In this document: positions 1 to 9,560 of the stretch, piece by piece
How the letters are laid out: each line of letters begins with the position of its first letter
Position numbering within the stretch: position 1 is the stretch's first letter
From: Dehalococcoidia bacterium
GTDB taxonomy: Bacteria > Chloroflexota > Dehalococcoidia > Bin125
Assembly (NCBI GenBank): GCA_963663895.2
Contig: CAXXRD010000002.1
Span: 128,001-192,000 of the forward strand
DNA length: 64,000 bases
Direction: 5' to 3'
The notes under the pieces: generated by a model
The model's input: the letters and a program-made list of their open reading frames with translations, nothing else
Told to the model about the DNA's origin: nothing
Database searches by the model: none
Made by a program: the position numbers and the translations under genes

Positions 1-2
1 TC

Positions 3-1292
3 GCCGCCGACGACGGCGTCATGCCTCAGACCATCGAAGCGATCAACCACATCCGCGCCGCCGCGGTGCCGATGATCGTCGCGCTCACCAAGATCGATCT
101 CGCGAACGCCGACCCCGACCGCGCCCAGCGGCAGCTCGCGGAGCACCAAGTTCTCATCGAGGCCTACGGCGGCGATATCCCCCTCGTCCCCGTCTCCGCA
201 GTCACGAAGCAGGGGATCGACGACCTGCTGGAAACGATCGTCGCCCTCGCCGAGCTGGAGGAGCTCCGGGCGAACCCGGACCGCAACGCCGCCGGGATCG
301 TGCTGGAGGCCGAGTTGGATCGCCGGCAGGGAACGCGTACCACCTTGCTGATACAGCGCGGCACCCTCAACGTCGGCGACCCCCTGCTCGTCGGCGACAC
401 CTGGGGCAAGGTCAAAGCCCTGTTCGACTTCGCCGGCGCGCGCATCAAGACCGCAGGCCCATCGACCCCCGTCTCGATCCTGGGCGTCCAAGCAGTGGCC
501 GTCGCCGGCGACCGCTTCCGTGTGGTGAAGAGTGAAAAGGTCGCGAAGGCCCAATACGAAGAGGCCAAGCGCGCGCGCGAGGCCGCAACCGCCCAAGTGC
601 AGCACGCCGCCCGTCTGGATACTCTTTTCGGCGAGATCAGCAGCGGCGAGGCCAAGGAGCTCAATCTCGTCCTCAAAACGGACGTGCAGGGCAGCGTGGA
701 CCCCATCCGCCAAAGTATTGAGCAGCTCTCCGCCGACACCGTGCATGTCAAGGTCATTCACGCCGCTGCCGGGGACGTGACCGAGTCGGACGTCAATCTC
801 GCCCTGGCCGCCAAGGGGGTCATCATCGCTTTCAACGCGCGCGCCGCGCCCGGCGCCCAAAAGCTCGCCGAGAGCGAGGGTATCGAGATCCGCCAGTACG
901 ACGTGATCTACAAGCTCGTGCAGGAAGTGGAAGCCGCGCTGACCGGCATGCTGGAGCCGGTCACCGTCACGGTGGTCGATGCCGAGGCCGAAGTCCTGCA
1001 AGTGTTCCCCATTCGCCGCCTCGGCAACATCGCCGGCAGCCGCCTGAATGAAGGCACCGTGCGTCGCGACCAGCGCGTACGCGTCTTCCGCGGGGAGCAA
1101 GAGCTCGCCACCGCTGCCATCGCCAGTCTCCGGCGCTTCCAAAACGACGTCCGTGAGATACAGACCGGGCAGGAGTTCGGCGTCGCCTTAGAGGGCTTCC
1201 AGGATTTCGAGTCGGGGGACCGTCTTGAGTTCTTCCACGAAGAGCAGCAGGCTCGCGTGATTCGACGCAAGCCCGCTCCCAGCCGAGTATGA
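3..1292 (+). CDS. infB: Translation initiation factor IF-2, C-terminal part (gene starts before the window)
   Basis: AADDGVMPQTIEAINH, VALTKID, KTDVQGS and IIAFN motifs; followed by rbfA-truB. Confidence 0.97.
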   Translation, partial: AADDGVMPQTIEAINHIRAAAVPMIVALTKIDLANADPDRAQRQLAEHQVLIEAYGGDIPLVPVSAVTKQGIDDLLETIVALAELEELRANPDRNAAGIVLEAELDRRQGTRTTLLIQRGTLNVGDPLLVGDTWGKVKALFDFAGARIKTAGPSTPVSILGVQAVAVAGDRFRVVKSEKVAKAQYEEAKRAREAATAQVQHAARLDTLFGEISSGEAKELNLVLKTDVQGSVDPIRQSIEQLSADTVHVKVIHAAAGDVTESDVNLALAAKGVIIAFNARAAPGAQKLAESEGIEIRQYDVIYKLVQEVEAALTGMLEPVTVTVVDAEAEVLQVFPIRRLGNIAGSRLNEGTVRRDQRVRVFRGEQELATAAIASLRRFQNDVREIQTGQEFGVALEGFQDFESGDRLEFFHEEQQARVIRRKPAPSRV

Positions 1293-1295
1293 GCG

Positions 1296-1679
1296 GTGTC
1301 GCGCCGCAGCGAACGCCTCAACGACCTGTTGCGCGAGCTCATCGCGGAGATAATCGCGCGCGAGCTCAAGGACCCTCGCCTCCAACTCGATCTGCTCTCC
1401 GTCACCGAAGTCCAGATCTCCCCGGACTTCCGCCACGCGCGAGTGCACGTCTCCATCCTGGGATCGGAGGCGGAGCAAGCCGCCGCGATCGACGCGCTTA
1501 ACCGCGGCAGCGCCTTTATCCGCCGACAGCTCAAACCCCGTCTCACGCTCAAGTCCATCCCCTCGCTGCGCTTCGAGCACGACGAGCGCCTCCGCCGCGA
1601 CCAGGAAATGCTCCAATTCATCGACCAAGTCGGCCAAGCGGACCGCGCCACCCGCACCGGCCCGGCTGCCGCCAGATGA
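1296..1679 (+). CDS. rbfA: Ribosome-binding factor A
   Basis: RRSERL...LKDPRL, VTEVQISPDFRHARV, P.LRF motifs; between infB and truB. Confidence 0.95.
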   Translation: MSRRSERLNDLLRELIAEIIARELKDPRLQLDLLSVTEVQISPDFRHARVHVSILGSEAEQAAAIDALNRGSAFIRRQLKPRLTLKSIPSLRFEHDERLRRDQEMLQFIDQVGQADRATRTGPAAAR

Positions 1680-2611
1680 GCGCTGATCCCGCACCCCGCG
1701 CGAGCGGCCAACGCCCTCCCGCCGCGCTCTTTCTGATCGACAAGCCCGCTGGCCCCACCTCGCACGACATCGTCAACCAACTGCGCCGACTTACCGGCGT
1801 GCGGCGCATTGGCCACGCCGGTACGCTCGATCCTCTGGCAACCGGACTCCTCCCGCTCTTCGTTGGGCCGGCCACGCGCCTGATCGAATACCTCGCGGCC
1901 TATCCCAAGCGCTACACCGCCCGCCTGCGGCTCGGCATCAGCACCGACACCGACGACGCCCACGGCGATGTCATCGCCGAAGCGCCCGTGCCGCCCTTAA
2001 CGCACGCGCAGATCGACGCCGCCGCCATGCCCTTCCGCGGCGCGATCTCTCAAGTGCCGCCGACTTTCAGCGCCGTCAAGGTGAAGGGCGTAGTGGCGCA
2101 TCGCGCCGCCCGCCGTGGCGACCCACTGCCCCTGCAGGCGCGCGCGGTGACCGTCCACGCGCTTACCATCGACGACTGGCAGCCACCGGAACTCCGCATC
2201 GCCGTGACCTGCAGCACCGGAACGTACGTCCGCGCCATCGCACGCGACCTCGGCGCGGCCCTGGGCTGCGGCGCGCATCTCGTCGAGATGCGGCGCACCG
2301 CCATCGGCGCGGTCAGCACCGATGAGGCGATCACACCCGACGCGCTCGAAGCAGCCTTCGCAGCCGCGACCGGCTGGGAGCACGCCGTACCCCTCGACCG
2401 TTTCTTCGAAGACTGGCAGCGCGTCGTCCTTGCCGACGATCAAGTCACGCGCCTGATACAAGGCCAGCCGCTACACATCCAGCCGCGCGAGGATCACGGA
2501 TCACATCTGTTGGCCAAGGATCGTGCAGGCCGGGTAGTCGCCGTGCTCGCTGCGGCCTCATCTGGATCCGGCCTCTGGCGGCCCGCGAAGGTCCTGCGCG
2601 TGACGGGGTAG
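1676..2611 (+). CDS. truB: tRNA pseudouridine(55) synthase
   Basis: DKPAGPTSHD, GHAGTLDP.ATG, QVPP.FSAVK, CS.GTYVR. Confidence 0.96.
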   Translation: MSADPAPRASGQRPPAALFLIDKPAGPTSHDIVNQLRRLTGVRRIGHAGTLDPLATGLLPLFVGPATRLIEYLAAYPKRYTARLRLGISTDTDDAHGDVIAEAPVPPLTHAQIDAAAMPFRGAISQVPPTFSAVKVKGVVAHRAARRGDPLPLQARAVTVHALTIDDWQPPELRIAVTCSTGTYVRAIARDLGAALGCGAHLVEMRRTAIGAVSTDEAITPDALEAAFAAATGWEHAVPLDRFFEDWQRVVLADDQVTRLIQGQPLHIQPREDHGSHLLAKDRAGRVVAVLAAASSGSGLWRPAKVLRVTG

Positions 2612-2623
2612 GGCGTCTGACGG

Positions 2624-2947
2624 CTACCCCTGCCTTGCGTGGTCTCCCGTCGCCTCCGGCTCGGTCAGCGGCAGCTCAAAGAGCAGCGCCAGCGCGTCCT
2701 CCTCAGCACGAAGCGAATATCGGGACCCGGCGAGCAGCAGGACCCCTTCTCCAGGCCCAAGGACGGCGTCATCATCGTCTGTCCCAACTTTGAGCCGTCC
2801 GTTGACCGCGATGAGCGCGGTGGCGCTCGTCGCGCAGCGGTCAAGAACGGTCGCGCCCGCGGGGACCCTTAAGCCGGCCGCGCGCAGCGCGCCGGGGAGG
2901 CTGCTGGGCTCGCCAGCGCTGGTCGTGCGGATGCGCTGCAATGGCAC
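2624..2947 (-). CDS. Small cupin-like beta-barrel protein
   Basis: GRLKVG...LGPGEGVLL.AG..YSLRA pattern; last gene of the fab transcript. Confidence 0.55.
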   Translation of the reverse strand: MPLQRIRTTSAGEPSSLPGALRAAGLRVPAGATVLDRCATSATALIAVNGRLKVGTDDDDAVLGPGEGVLLLAGSRYSLRAEEDALALLFELPLTEPEATGDHARQG

Positions 2948-2962
2948 GGTCTGAGCCGGCCT

Positions 2963-3217
2963 CTAGACGACGCCCTGATCCTCAAGGTAAGTGAGGATAT
3001 CCTCCACAGTCCGCATCTCCGCAGCGATCTCCTCCGTGATCTCGATCGGGTGCTCGTCGCTTGAGAACTCCTCTTCGATCGCGATCGAGAGATCCACCAC
3101 GTCCAGCGAGTCCGCTCCCAGGTCATCGATCAAGCTCGACTCCAACGTAACCCGCTCCGAGGAGATCCGGAGTTGCTCCGCGACGATCGCGATTAGCTGA
3201 TCAGACGTACCACTCAT
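2963..3217 (-). CDS. acpP: Acyl carrier protein
   Basis: [11 protein letters not shown] phosphopantetheine motif; acidic 84-aa protein. Confidence 0.95.
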   Translation of the reverse strand: MSGTSDQLIAIVAEQLRISSERVTLESSLIDDLGADSLDVVDLSIAIEEEFSSDEHPIEITEEIAAEMRTVEDILTYLEDQGVV

Positions 3218-3239
3218 CCCGAAATCTCTGCATCAGCGA

Positions 3240-4502
3240 TTAGCCGTCGACTCGTGCCAGTGCCACGACGGCGTTCTGCCCTCCGAATCCAAAGCCGTTC
3301 GCGAGAGCGGCGCGCACACCCGCTGCACGGCTCCGGCGTGCAACATAGTCAAGGTCGCAGTCGGGGTCAGGGGTGTCAAGATTGATCGTCGGCGGCAGGA
3401 ACTGTCTCTCAAGAGCAAGCGCAGTCGCTGTCACGGAGACCGCGCCCGCCGCACCCATCAGGTGCCCCGTCAAGCTCTTGGGAGAGCTAACGGCTAGACG
3501 GTAAGCGTACTCTCCGAATACCTGTTTGATCGCTTTCGTCTCCGCCGCATCGTTCAGGACCGTCCCAGTTCCATGTGCACAGACGTAGTCGACCGCTGTC
3601 GGCGGCAGCTGCGCTGCCTGCAACGCGCGCGCCATCGCGCGCGCGGCCCCTTCGCCTTCCGGATCGGGCGCACTGATATGGTACGCGTCGGCGCAGCGGC
3701 CGCCGCCCAGCACTTCCGCGTAAATACGCGCGTCGCGGGCACGCGCCGCCGCCAGCGTCTCCAATACGCAAACCGCCGCCCCTTCGCCAATCACGAAGCC
3801 ATCCCGATCCTTATCGAACGGACGGGAAGCGCGCGCCGGTTCGTCGTTGCGACGCGAGAGCGCGTGCATATTGGCCAGCGCACTCACGCCGAGGGGCGAG
3901 ATACTCGCCTCCGCGCCGCCCGCCAGCACCAGTTCGGCCTCGCCGCGCTGGATCAAATGGGCGCCGTCGATGAAGGCCGTGACAGAGCTGGCGCAGGCCG
4001 CCACCGACGCGATCACCGGCCCCCGCAGTCCCAGCTCGATCGACACCTGACAGGCGGCCATGTTGGGCGCCATGGTCGGGACGAAGAAAGCGCTCGCCCG
4101 CCCTACGCCGCGGCGCGCGGCTAGCTCTTGCTCCTCAAGGACCGTGTTGACCCCGCCGCCGCCGGTGTTCACTACCACGCCGGCACGATCCGGATCGAGC
4201 CCCGCCTGATCGAGCCCGGCATCCGCCAGCGCCAAGTGCGACGCCGCGACCGCGAACTGCGAGAAGCGCGCCATCCGCTTGGCAGCCTTGGCGGACATAT
4301 ACCGCTCCGGGGCGAAGTCGTTCACCTCTGCCGCGATGCGTACCTTGAGGTCGCTCGCATCAAAGCTGCGAATGGGCGCTACCCCGGAGCGGCCCTCCCG
4401 CAAACTCGCTCCGAAAGCGGCGACCCCCGTGCCGATGGGCGTCACGGGCCCGATACCGGTGATCACCACACGGGGCAGGGCCCCGCTATGCTCAGGCACC
4501 AT
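3240..4502 (-). CDS. fabF: Beta-ketoacyl-ACP synthase II (copy 2)
   Basis: RVVITGIG, AACASS (Cys), AHGTGT, KSLTGHLMGA, NGFGFGGQN. Confidence 0.92.
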   Translation of the reverse strand: MVPEHSGALPRVVITGIGPVTPIGTGVAAFGASLREGRSGVAPIRSFDASDLKVRIAAEVNDFAPERYMSAKAAKRMARFSQFAVAASHLALADAGLDQAGLDPDRAGVVVNTGGGGVNTVLEEQELAARRGVGRASAFFVPTMAPNMAACQVSIELGLRGPVIASVAACASSVTAFIDGAHLIQRGEAELVLAGGAEASISPLGVSALANMHALSRRNDEPARASRPFDKDRDGFVIGEGAAVCVLETLAAARARDARIYAEVLGGGRCADAYHISAPDPEGEGAARAMARALQAAQLPPTAVDYVCAHGTGTVLNDAAETKAIKQVFGEYAYRLAVSSPKSLTGHLMGAAGAVSVTATALALERQFLPPTINLDTPDPDCDLDYVARRSRAAGVRAALANGFGFGGQNAVVALARVDG

Positions 4503-5736
4503 TCCAGCGTCGCAAAAGCACAGCGGCGTTGTGGCCGCCTAATCCAACCGACGTGGAGATCGCGGCCTCCAACTGCACTTCCCGCGCCTCATTGGGCACG
4601 CAGTCGATGTCGCAGGCGGGATCGTAGGTTTCGTAATTGAGGGTGGGCGGGATCAGGCCTCGCTTCAACGCCAACGCGACCACGGCGCATTCCAAGGCCC
4701 CGCTGGCGCTCATCATGTGTCCCGTCGCCGCCTTGATGGAAGAAACCAGCATCTCCTGCGCGTGCGGCCCGAAAATCTCCTTGATCGCGCGCGTCTCCAC
4801 GCGATCGTTGAGCTGCGTCGCGGTGCCGTGCGTGTTGACGTAGCCCACGCGCTCCCCAGGCACGTCCGCTTCCCGTAGCGCCTGCCGGAGGGTGTTGCGC
4901 AACCCGCGAGCGCTTGCGTCGGAGGCCACCATGTCGTGTGCGTCGTTACTGCTACCGAACCCCAACACCTCCGCGTAGATCTCGGCGCCACGCGCCTCCG
5001 CCCGGCCGAGCTCCTCAAGAATCAAGGCACAGCCGCCCTCGCCGGGCACAAAGCCCTTCCGGTGCAGATCAAAAGGACGACAAGCAGCCGCCGGCGGCTC
5101 GGTCTCCGGCGCCAGCACCCCCATCATCTCGAAGCAGGCATGAAGGAACGGCAGCACAACGGCCTCCGATCCCCCCACGATCATCGCATCGGCCCGGCCG
5201 AGCTTGATCGTCGAAAACCCGTCGCCCACGGCGTTGGTGCCGGTGGCGCAGGCGCTGGTCGGGGAATAATTCGGGCCCAGCGCGCCCGTTTGGATCGCGA
5301 TGTGGCCGCTGGCCGCGTCCGCGATGAAATTCGACATGGCGAACGGCGACACGCGCCGCGGACCCCGCTGCCGGAAAGCCTCGTACCAGCGGAAGATGGT
5401 CGCCATGCCGCCGCCGCCCGAGCCGAAAATCACGCCGACGCGCTCGCGCTCCTCCTCCTTGATGCTCAGACCAGCATCGGCCAGCGCCTCCAGTGCGGCA
5501 GCGACCCCGAACTGGGAATTGCGATCCATATGCTTGAGCGCCTTGGCATCGATACCGGCGGGTGGCGCGAAGTCCTTGACCTCCGCCGCCACTTTCACTT
5601 TGAAGGCGCTGGCGTCGTAGGAGGCGATCGGAGCGACGCCGGATTCGCCGGCGAGCAGCTGTTCCCAAGTAGTCGGCATGTCCCGGCCGATCGGAGAGAC
5701 CGCGCCAAGACCCGTGACGACCACGCGCCGGGTCAC
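4492..5736 (-). CDS. fabF: Beta-ketoacyl-ACP synthase II (copy 1)
   Basis: GTG start at 5736 (MTRRVVVTGLG) after a G-rich RBS; SACATG, THGTAT, GHMM, GLGGHN. Confidence 0.92.
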   Translation of the reverse strand: MTRRVVVTGLGAVSPIGRDMPTTWEQLLAGESGVAPIASYDASAFKVKVAAEVKDFAPPAGIDAKALKHMDRNSQFGVAAALEALADAGLSIKEEERERVGVIFGSGGGGMATIFRWYEAFRQRGPRRVSPFAMSNFIADAASGHIAIQTGALGPNYSPTSACATGTNAVGDGFSTIKLGRADAMIVGGSEAVVLPFLHACFEMMGVLAPETEPPAAACRPFDLHRKGFVPGEGGCALILEELGRAEARGAEIYAEVLGFGSSNDAHDMVASDASARGLRNTLRQALREADVPGERVGYVNTHGTATQLNDRVETRAIKEIFGPHAQEMLVSSIKAATGHMMSASGALECAVVALALKRGLIPPTLNYETYDPACDIDCVPNEAREVQLEAAISTSVGLGGHNAAVLLRRWNGA

Positions 5737-5749
5737 AGCCCCCCCACCC

Positions 5750-6754
5750 TCACTTAGGAATGCCGCTAGTGTCCGGATAGTCGCGGCGCGCGAGCCCTGC
5801 TTCTTCGTCGGAGAGCGGAAACGTCCACGCCTTCCGGGAGATACGGCGTACGAGCTTCGAGAGCACATCACCAGGCCCCGCCTCCACGAAGAGGCAGGCG
5901 CCGTCGCTTGACATCGAACGCACCACCCTATCCCACTCAACCGGAGCGCAGAGCGCGCCACCCAATTCGTTCACGATCTGACCCGGGGTCCGCAGCAGGT
6001 GAGCGTCGATGTTGCTGGTGACCGGCACGGCGGGATCGCGCCAGGGCATGCTCGACACGACCGCGCGGAACTCGCGCTGCGCACTCTCCATCAGCGGCGA
6101 ATGCGAGGCGATCGAGATCGGCAAGCGGACCGCCCGCTTGGCACCGACCTCTTCCGCCATACGCAAGACCTTCACCAACGCGCCCTCGTCGCCGGAAACC
6201 ACCGTGTGGCCAGGCCCATTGTCGTTCGCCACGACGAGCGTCCCCTCCGTGCACGCCTCTCCCACAATGGCGCGCACGATGCGGTCACGCAGGCCGATGA
6301 TGGACGCCATGCCGCCCGGTCGCTCGCGGTCGGCGTGGGCCATGATGCGGCCGCGCTCGCGGACGAGCATCAGACCGTGCTCGAAGCCAAGCGCACCCGC
6401 CGCCACCAACGCGGTAATCTGGCCCATGCTGTGCCCCGACATCGCCACGGGACGCAGGTCACGTCCGACCGCCTCCCAACTGGCGCGCAGCGCCTCGTAC
6501 CAAGCGATGCTGGCTGTGTAGATGGCGGGCTGGGAGTGTTCGGTGTCGCCGAGGAGAGCGTCGGGGCCTTGCTCCGTCAGCGCGAGGAGATCGTAACCGA
6601 GCAGCGCCGAGGCTTGTTCGTAGCGGGCGTGTGCCGCCGGGTGGATGCGCAGCACTTTGCCGGCCATTCCGACCGATTGCGACCCCTGCCCCGGAAAGAC
6701 GATGGCGACGGGAAGTTCCGGTTCAACACGCGCCGTTTGGCTGCTCAATTGCAC
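5750..6754 (-). CDS. fabD: Malonyl-CoA:ACP transacylase
   Basis: FPGQGSQ, SQPAI, GHSMG, ASHS; start set at GTG 6754 behind GGAGG. Confidence 0.92.
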   Translation of the reverse strand: MQLSSQTARVEPELPVAIVFPGQGSQSVGMAGKVLRIHPAAHARYEQASALLGYDLLALTEQGPDALLGDTEHSQPAIYTASIAWYEALRASWEAVGRDLRPVAMSGHSMGQITALVAAGALGFEHGLMLVRERGRIMAHADRERPGGMASIIGLRDRIVRAIVGEACTEGTLVVANDNGPGHTVVSGDEGALVKVLRMAEEVGAKRAVRLPISIASHSPLMESAQREFRAVVSSMPWRDPAVPVTSNIDAHLLRTPGQIVNELGGALCAPVEWDRVVRSMSSDGACLFVEAGPGDVLSKLVRRISRKAWTFPLSDEEAGLARRDYPDTSGIPK

Positions 6755-6970
6755 TGCCTCCACCGCACGGCTCGCTCGCGGCCACTCTAGTGTGCGGCAC
6801 GATAACACGCGCCCAATACCCTCTCAATCAAGCAGCGCCGCTGCCGATCGGACGCGAGTCCCCCGTGCAGGATACACCGTTCCGTCCGGTGTACAGCGTC
6901 CCAAGCCTCCGCTAGACAGGACCACACCGGAGGCAGGGCTCGTGCCGCCAGGCACCGATCACGCTGCGAG

Positions 6971-7744
6971 CTAGGTGGTGAGCAAGCCGCCGTCCACATT
7001 GATCGTTTGACCGGTGATGTAGCGACCGCTCTCGCTCGCGAGGAAAACAACGAGCGGCGCCACGTCTTCCGGGGTGCCGAGCCGCTGCAGCGGAATCTGC
7101 GCCCGCACGCGAGCAACGAGATCGTCCGGCAGGTCAGCGGTGATATCGGTCTCGATGAAGCCTGGGGCGATCAAGTTCGCCGTGATGTTGCGGCTGCCGA
7201 CCTCACGCGCGATCGAACGCGTGAATCCCCCCAGTCCCGCCTTGGCCGCCGCGTAGTTCGCTTGGCCGGGGTTGCCCATGGCAGCCACAACGGATCCGAT
7301 GTTGATGATGCGACCCCAGCGGTTCTTCATCATGCCGCGCAAGCAAGCACGGGTGGTGACGAACGCGCCGCGCAGATCGGTTGCGACAACCGTATCCCAG
7401 TCCTCGTCCTTCATCCGCATCAGCAGCGTGTCCCGCGTAATGCCCGCATTGTTGACCAAGATATCAGGCGGGCCGAGCGCCTCGGCGACCGCTTGGACCA
7501 TCGCGACGACGGCGGCGCCATCCGCGACATCGCAGGCGGCGACATGACAGCGGCGTCCAGCCGCGCGGACGCCAGCCGCCGTCTCTTCCGCTCCCTTCGC
7601 TTGCGACACATACGTGATGGCGACATCGGCGCCGTGGCGCGCGAGCGCGAGCGCGAGCGCCCGCCCGATCCCCCGAGAGCCACCCGTGACCAGGGCCACG
7701 CGACCATCAAGACTGCCATCATTGAGAGATGCGGCGTCAGCCAT
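6971..7744 (-). CDS. fabG: 3-oxoacyl-ACP reductase
   Basis: TGGSRGIG, NNAGITRD, GNPGQANYAAAK, PGFIETD. Confidence 0.95.
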   Translation of the reverse strand: MADAASLNDGSLDGRVALVTGGSRGIGRALALALARHGADVAITYVSQAKGAEETAAGVRAAGRRCHVAACDVADGAAVVAMVQAVAEALGPPDILVNNAGITRDTLLMRMKDEDWDTVVATDLRGAFVTTRACLRGMMKNRWGRIINIGSVVAAMGNPGQANYAAAKAGLGGFTRSIAREVGSRNITANLIAPGFIETDITADLPDDLVARVRAQIPLQRLGTPEDVAPLVVFLASESGRYITGQTINVDGGLLTT

Positions 7745-7776
7745 GGAAGGGTCGCTCTACGCCGGGCGGAAAGGCC

Positions 7777-8439
7777 CTAAGCGGACTCACAAAGAACATG
7801 CTGCGAGAGATGCCCGCTAAGGGCGACGGTCTGCGCTTCGACTTCCAGCAGAACAACGTCTTCCGGGCCTCGCTCGGCCACACGGAACGGCACCCCGGGA
7901 CGTAGGTTCTTGTGGAAGCAGTAGCTGAGCAACTCGCTGTCGTCTTCGATCACGTCAGCGATGCGGCGGATCGTGCCGCTCCCCCCGATCGCCAACGTCG
8001 CGACCGGCGTCCAGGAGGCGTCGCCCCCCTCTGGGAAGTTGCCGGGAATCGGCCCGCCGTGCGGACAGGTCTCCGGCTCGCCCAGCAACTCCGAAATGCG
8101 GCTCTCGATGAGGTCGGTGATCCCGTGCTCCAACTGGTGCGCCTGCTCGTGCGCCTCCACCCAGCCCAGGTTCAGTACGTCGCAGAGGAAGCGCTCCGTC
8201 AGCCGGTGGCGCCGCACGATCGCATCCGCAGCCGTGCGGCCACTGGCGGTGAGTCTGATCCGGTGTCCCTCACCGATCTCCAGCAAATTGAGCCGCACCA
8301 TCCGCTCCACCGTCTGCGACACCGAGGCGGGCGAGACCTTCAGCCGTTCGGCCAGCCGCGCGCCGATCACCGGCTGACCCTCTTCAATCAAGGCAACGAT
8401 CGCCTGCAAATAGTCTTCGGTCGTGGGCGTTATGGTCAT
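7777..8439 (-). CDS. DtxR/IdeR/MntR family metal-dependent repressor with FeoA-like C-terminus
   Basis: EDYL, RRHRL.ERFL, HEQAHQLEH, CPHG.PIP; ATG at 8439. Confidence 0.9.
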   Translation of the reverse strand: MTITPTTEDYLQAIVALIEEGQPVIGARLAERLKVSPASVSQTVERMVRLNLLEIGEGHRIRLTASGRTAADAIVRRHRLTERFLCDVLNLGWVEAHEQAHQLEHGITDLIESRISELLGEPETCPHGGPIPGNFPEGGDASWTPVATLAIGGSGTIRRIADVIEDDSELLSYCFHKNLRPGVPFRVAERGPEDVVLLEVEAQTVALSGHLSQHVLCESA

Positions 8440-8640
8440 TCCGTATGCAAGTCTAACACGGCCGTTCACCTGCACGACGCGCCCGATCCGTTCGATCAGG
8501 GCCACGCGGCTGCGCTCCCCGTCGCGTCGTCCGACAGCGCTCACAGATCGGCCGGTGTACCAAGATTGACAGACGCGCGCGCGAAGGGCTCCGTACGCTC
8601 GCGCGCATCACTCCTAGACTCCTGGAGGGGCAGTCCCGCC

Positions 8641-9495
8641 ATCGCACCGATACGAGTCACCGTACTTGGCAGCGGCGCCGCCTGTCCCCCCGCGGGAGAC
8701 GCCTGCGCTGGCTACCTAGTGGAGGCGGGCGACCAATGCATCCTGTTGGACTGCGGACACGGCGTGACCGCCGCCCTGCAGGGCCATCGCCCGGACGTGC
8801 CGCCCCAGCAGATCGGGCACGTCGTGATCAGCCACATGCACCCCGATCACTTCATCGACCTCTTGCCGCTCCGCTTCCGCCTCAGCCGCGAGATGGGCTG
8901 CGGCGACGAGCCCTGCCTCTCCGTACACCTTCCCCCCGGCGGCCGGCGCATCCTCGCCTCGATCCTTGATGCCGTCCGCTTCCCCCCCGACTTCTTCGAC
9001 GGCGTCTTCGAACTGCACGAGTACGACGCGTCCCAAGCGCTTGCGCTCGGGAGCGGCGCCGCGCAATTGCAAGCGTACTTTGCGCCGGGTCGACACTACG
9101 TACCGTCCTACGCCGTACGGATCGAAGGCGAAGGAGCGGTCGTCTACTCAGGCGACACAGCGCCTTGTGCGGCGGTTCGGGAGCTGGCGCGGGAGTCGCA
9201 GCTTTTCATCTGCGAGGCGACCCTCCATCAGCCCGAGCCGGGGCCGGAGTTCGGGCATTGCACGCCGGCCCAGGCCGCCCAGATGGCGGCCGAGGCTCGG
9301 GCGCAGCGGTTGCTCCTCAGCCATCTCTGGTTCGACAGCAGCGCCGAGAGGATCCGGCGCGAGGCGATGGATCACTTCACCGGCGAGATCACCGTGGCCC
9401 ACGGGGGACTGGAGATCGATCTGGGCCGTCCGACCGCGCCGCACACGGGCTCCGTTTCTCCCGAAACCTCCGTATCCCATATTTCTTTGCACTAA
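8641..9495 (+). CDS. MBL-fold metallohydrolase (RNase BN/Z-like); start uncertain
   Basis: RVTVLGS, LDCG, ISHMHPDH, YSGDT, CEAT, GH, LSHL; candidate starts are TTG 8566, ATC 8641 or ATA 8650. Confidence 0.85.
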   Translation: MAPIRVTVLGSGAACPPAGDACAGYLVEAGDQCILLDCGHGVTAALQGHRPDVPPQQIGHVVISHMHPDHFIDLLPLRFRLSREMGCGDEPCLSVHLPPGGRRILASILDAVRFPPDFFDGVFELHEYDASQALALGSGAAQLQAYFAPGRHYVPSYAVRIEGEGAVVYSGDTAPCAAVRELARESQLFICEATLHQPEPGPEFGHCTPAQAAQMAAEARAQRLLLSHLWFDSSAERIRREAMDHFTGEITVAHGGLEIDLGRPTAPHTGSVSPETSVSHISLH

Positions 9496-9525
9496 TTGGC
9501 AAAAAGTACGGAAACGCAGGATACT
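9486..9525 (+). promoter_or_regulatory. Putative suf promoter with a TTTGC-N8-GCAAA inverted repeat (candidate SufR operator)
   Basis: AT-rich patch; TTGGCA (9496) N18 GATACT (9520); the palindrome at 9486-9503 overlaps the -35. Confidence 0.5.
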
Positions 9526-9560
9526 GGAGCCAGACAGAGGGGTTTGCTGAGGAAAAATCG

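Noticed and set aside
7912-8640. 527-aa ORF read as a fusion protein
   Set aside because: The first half is the antisense shadow of the DtxR gene.
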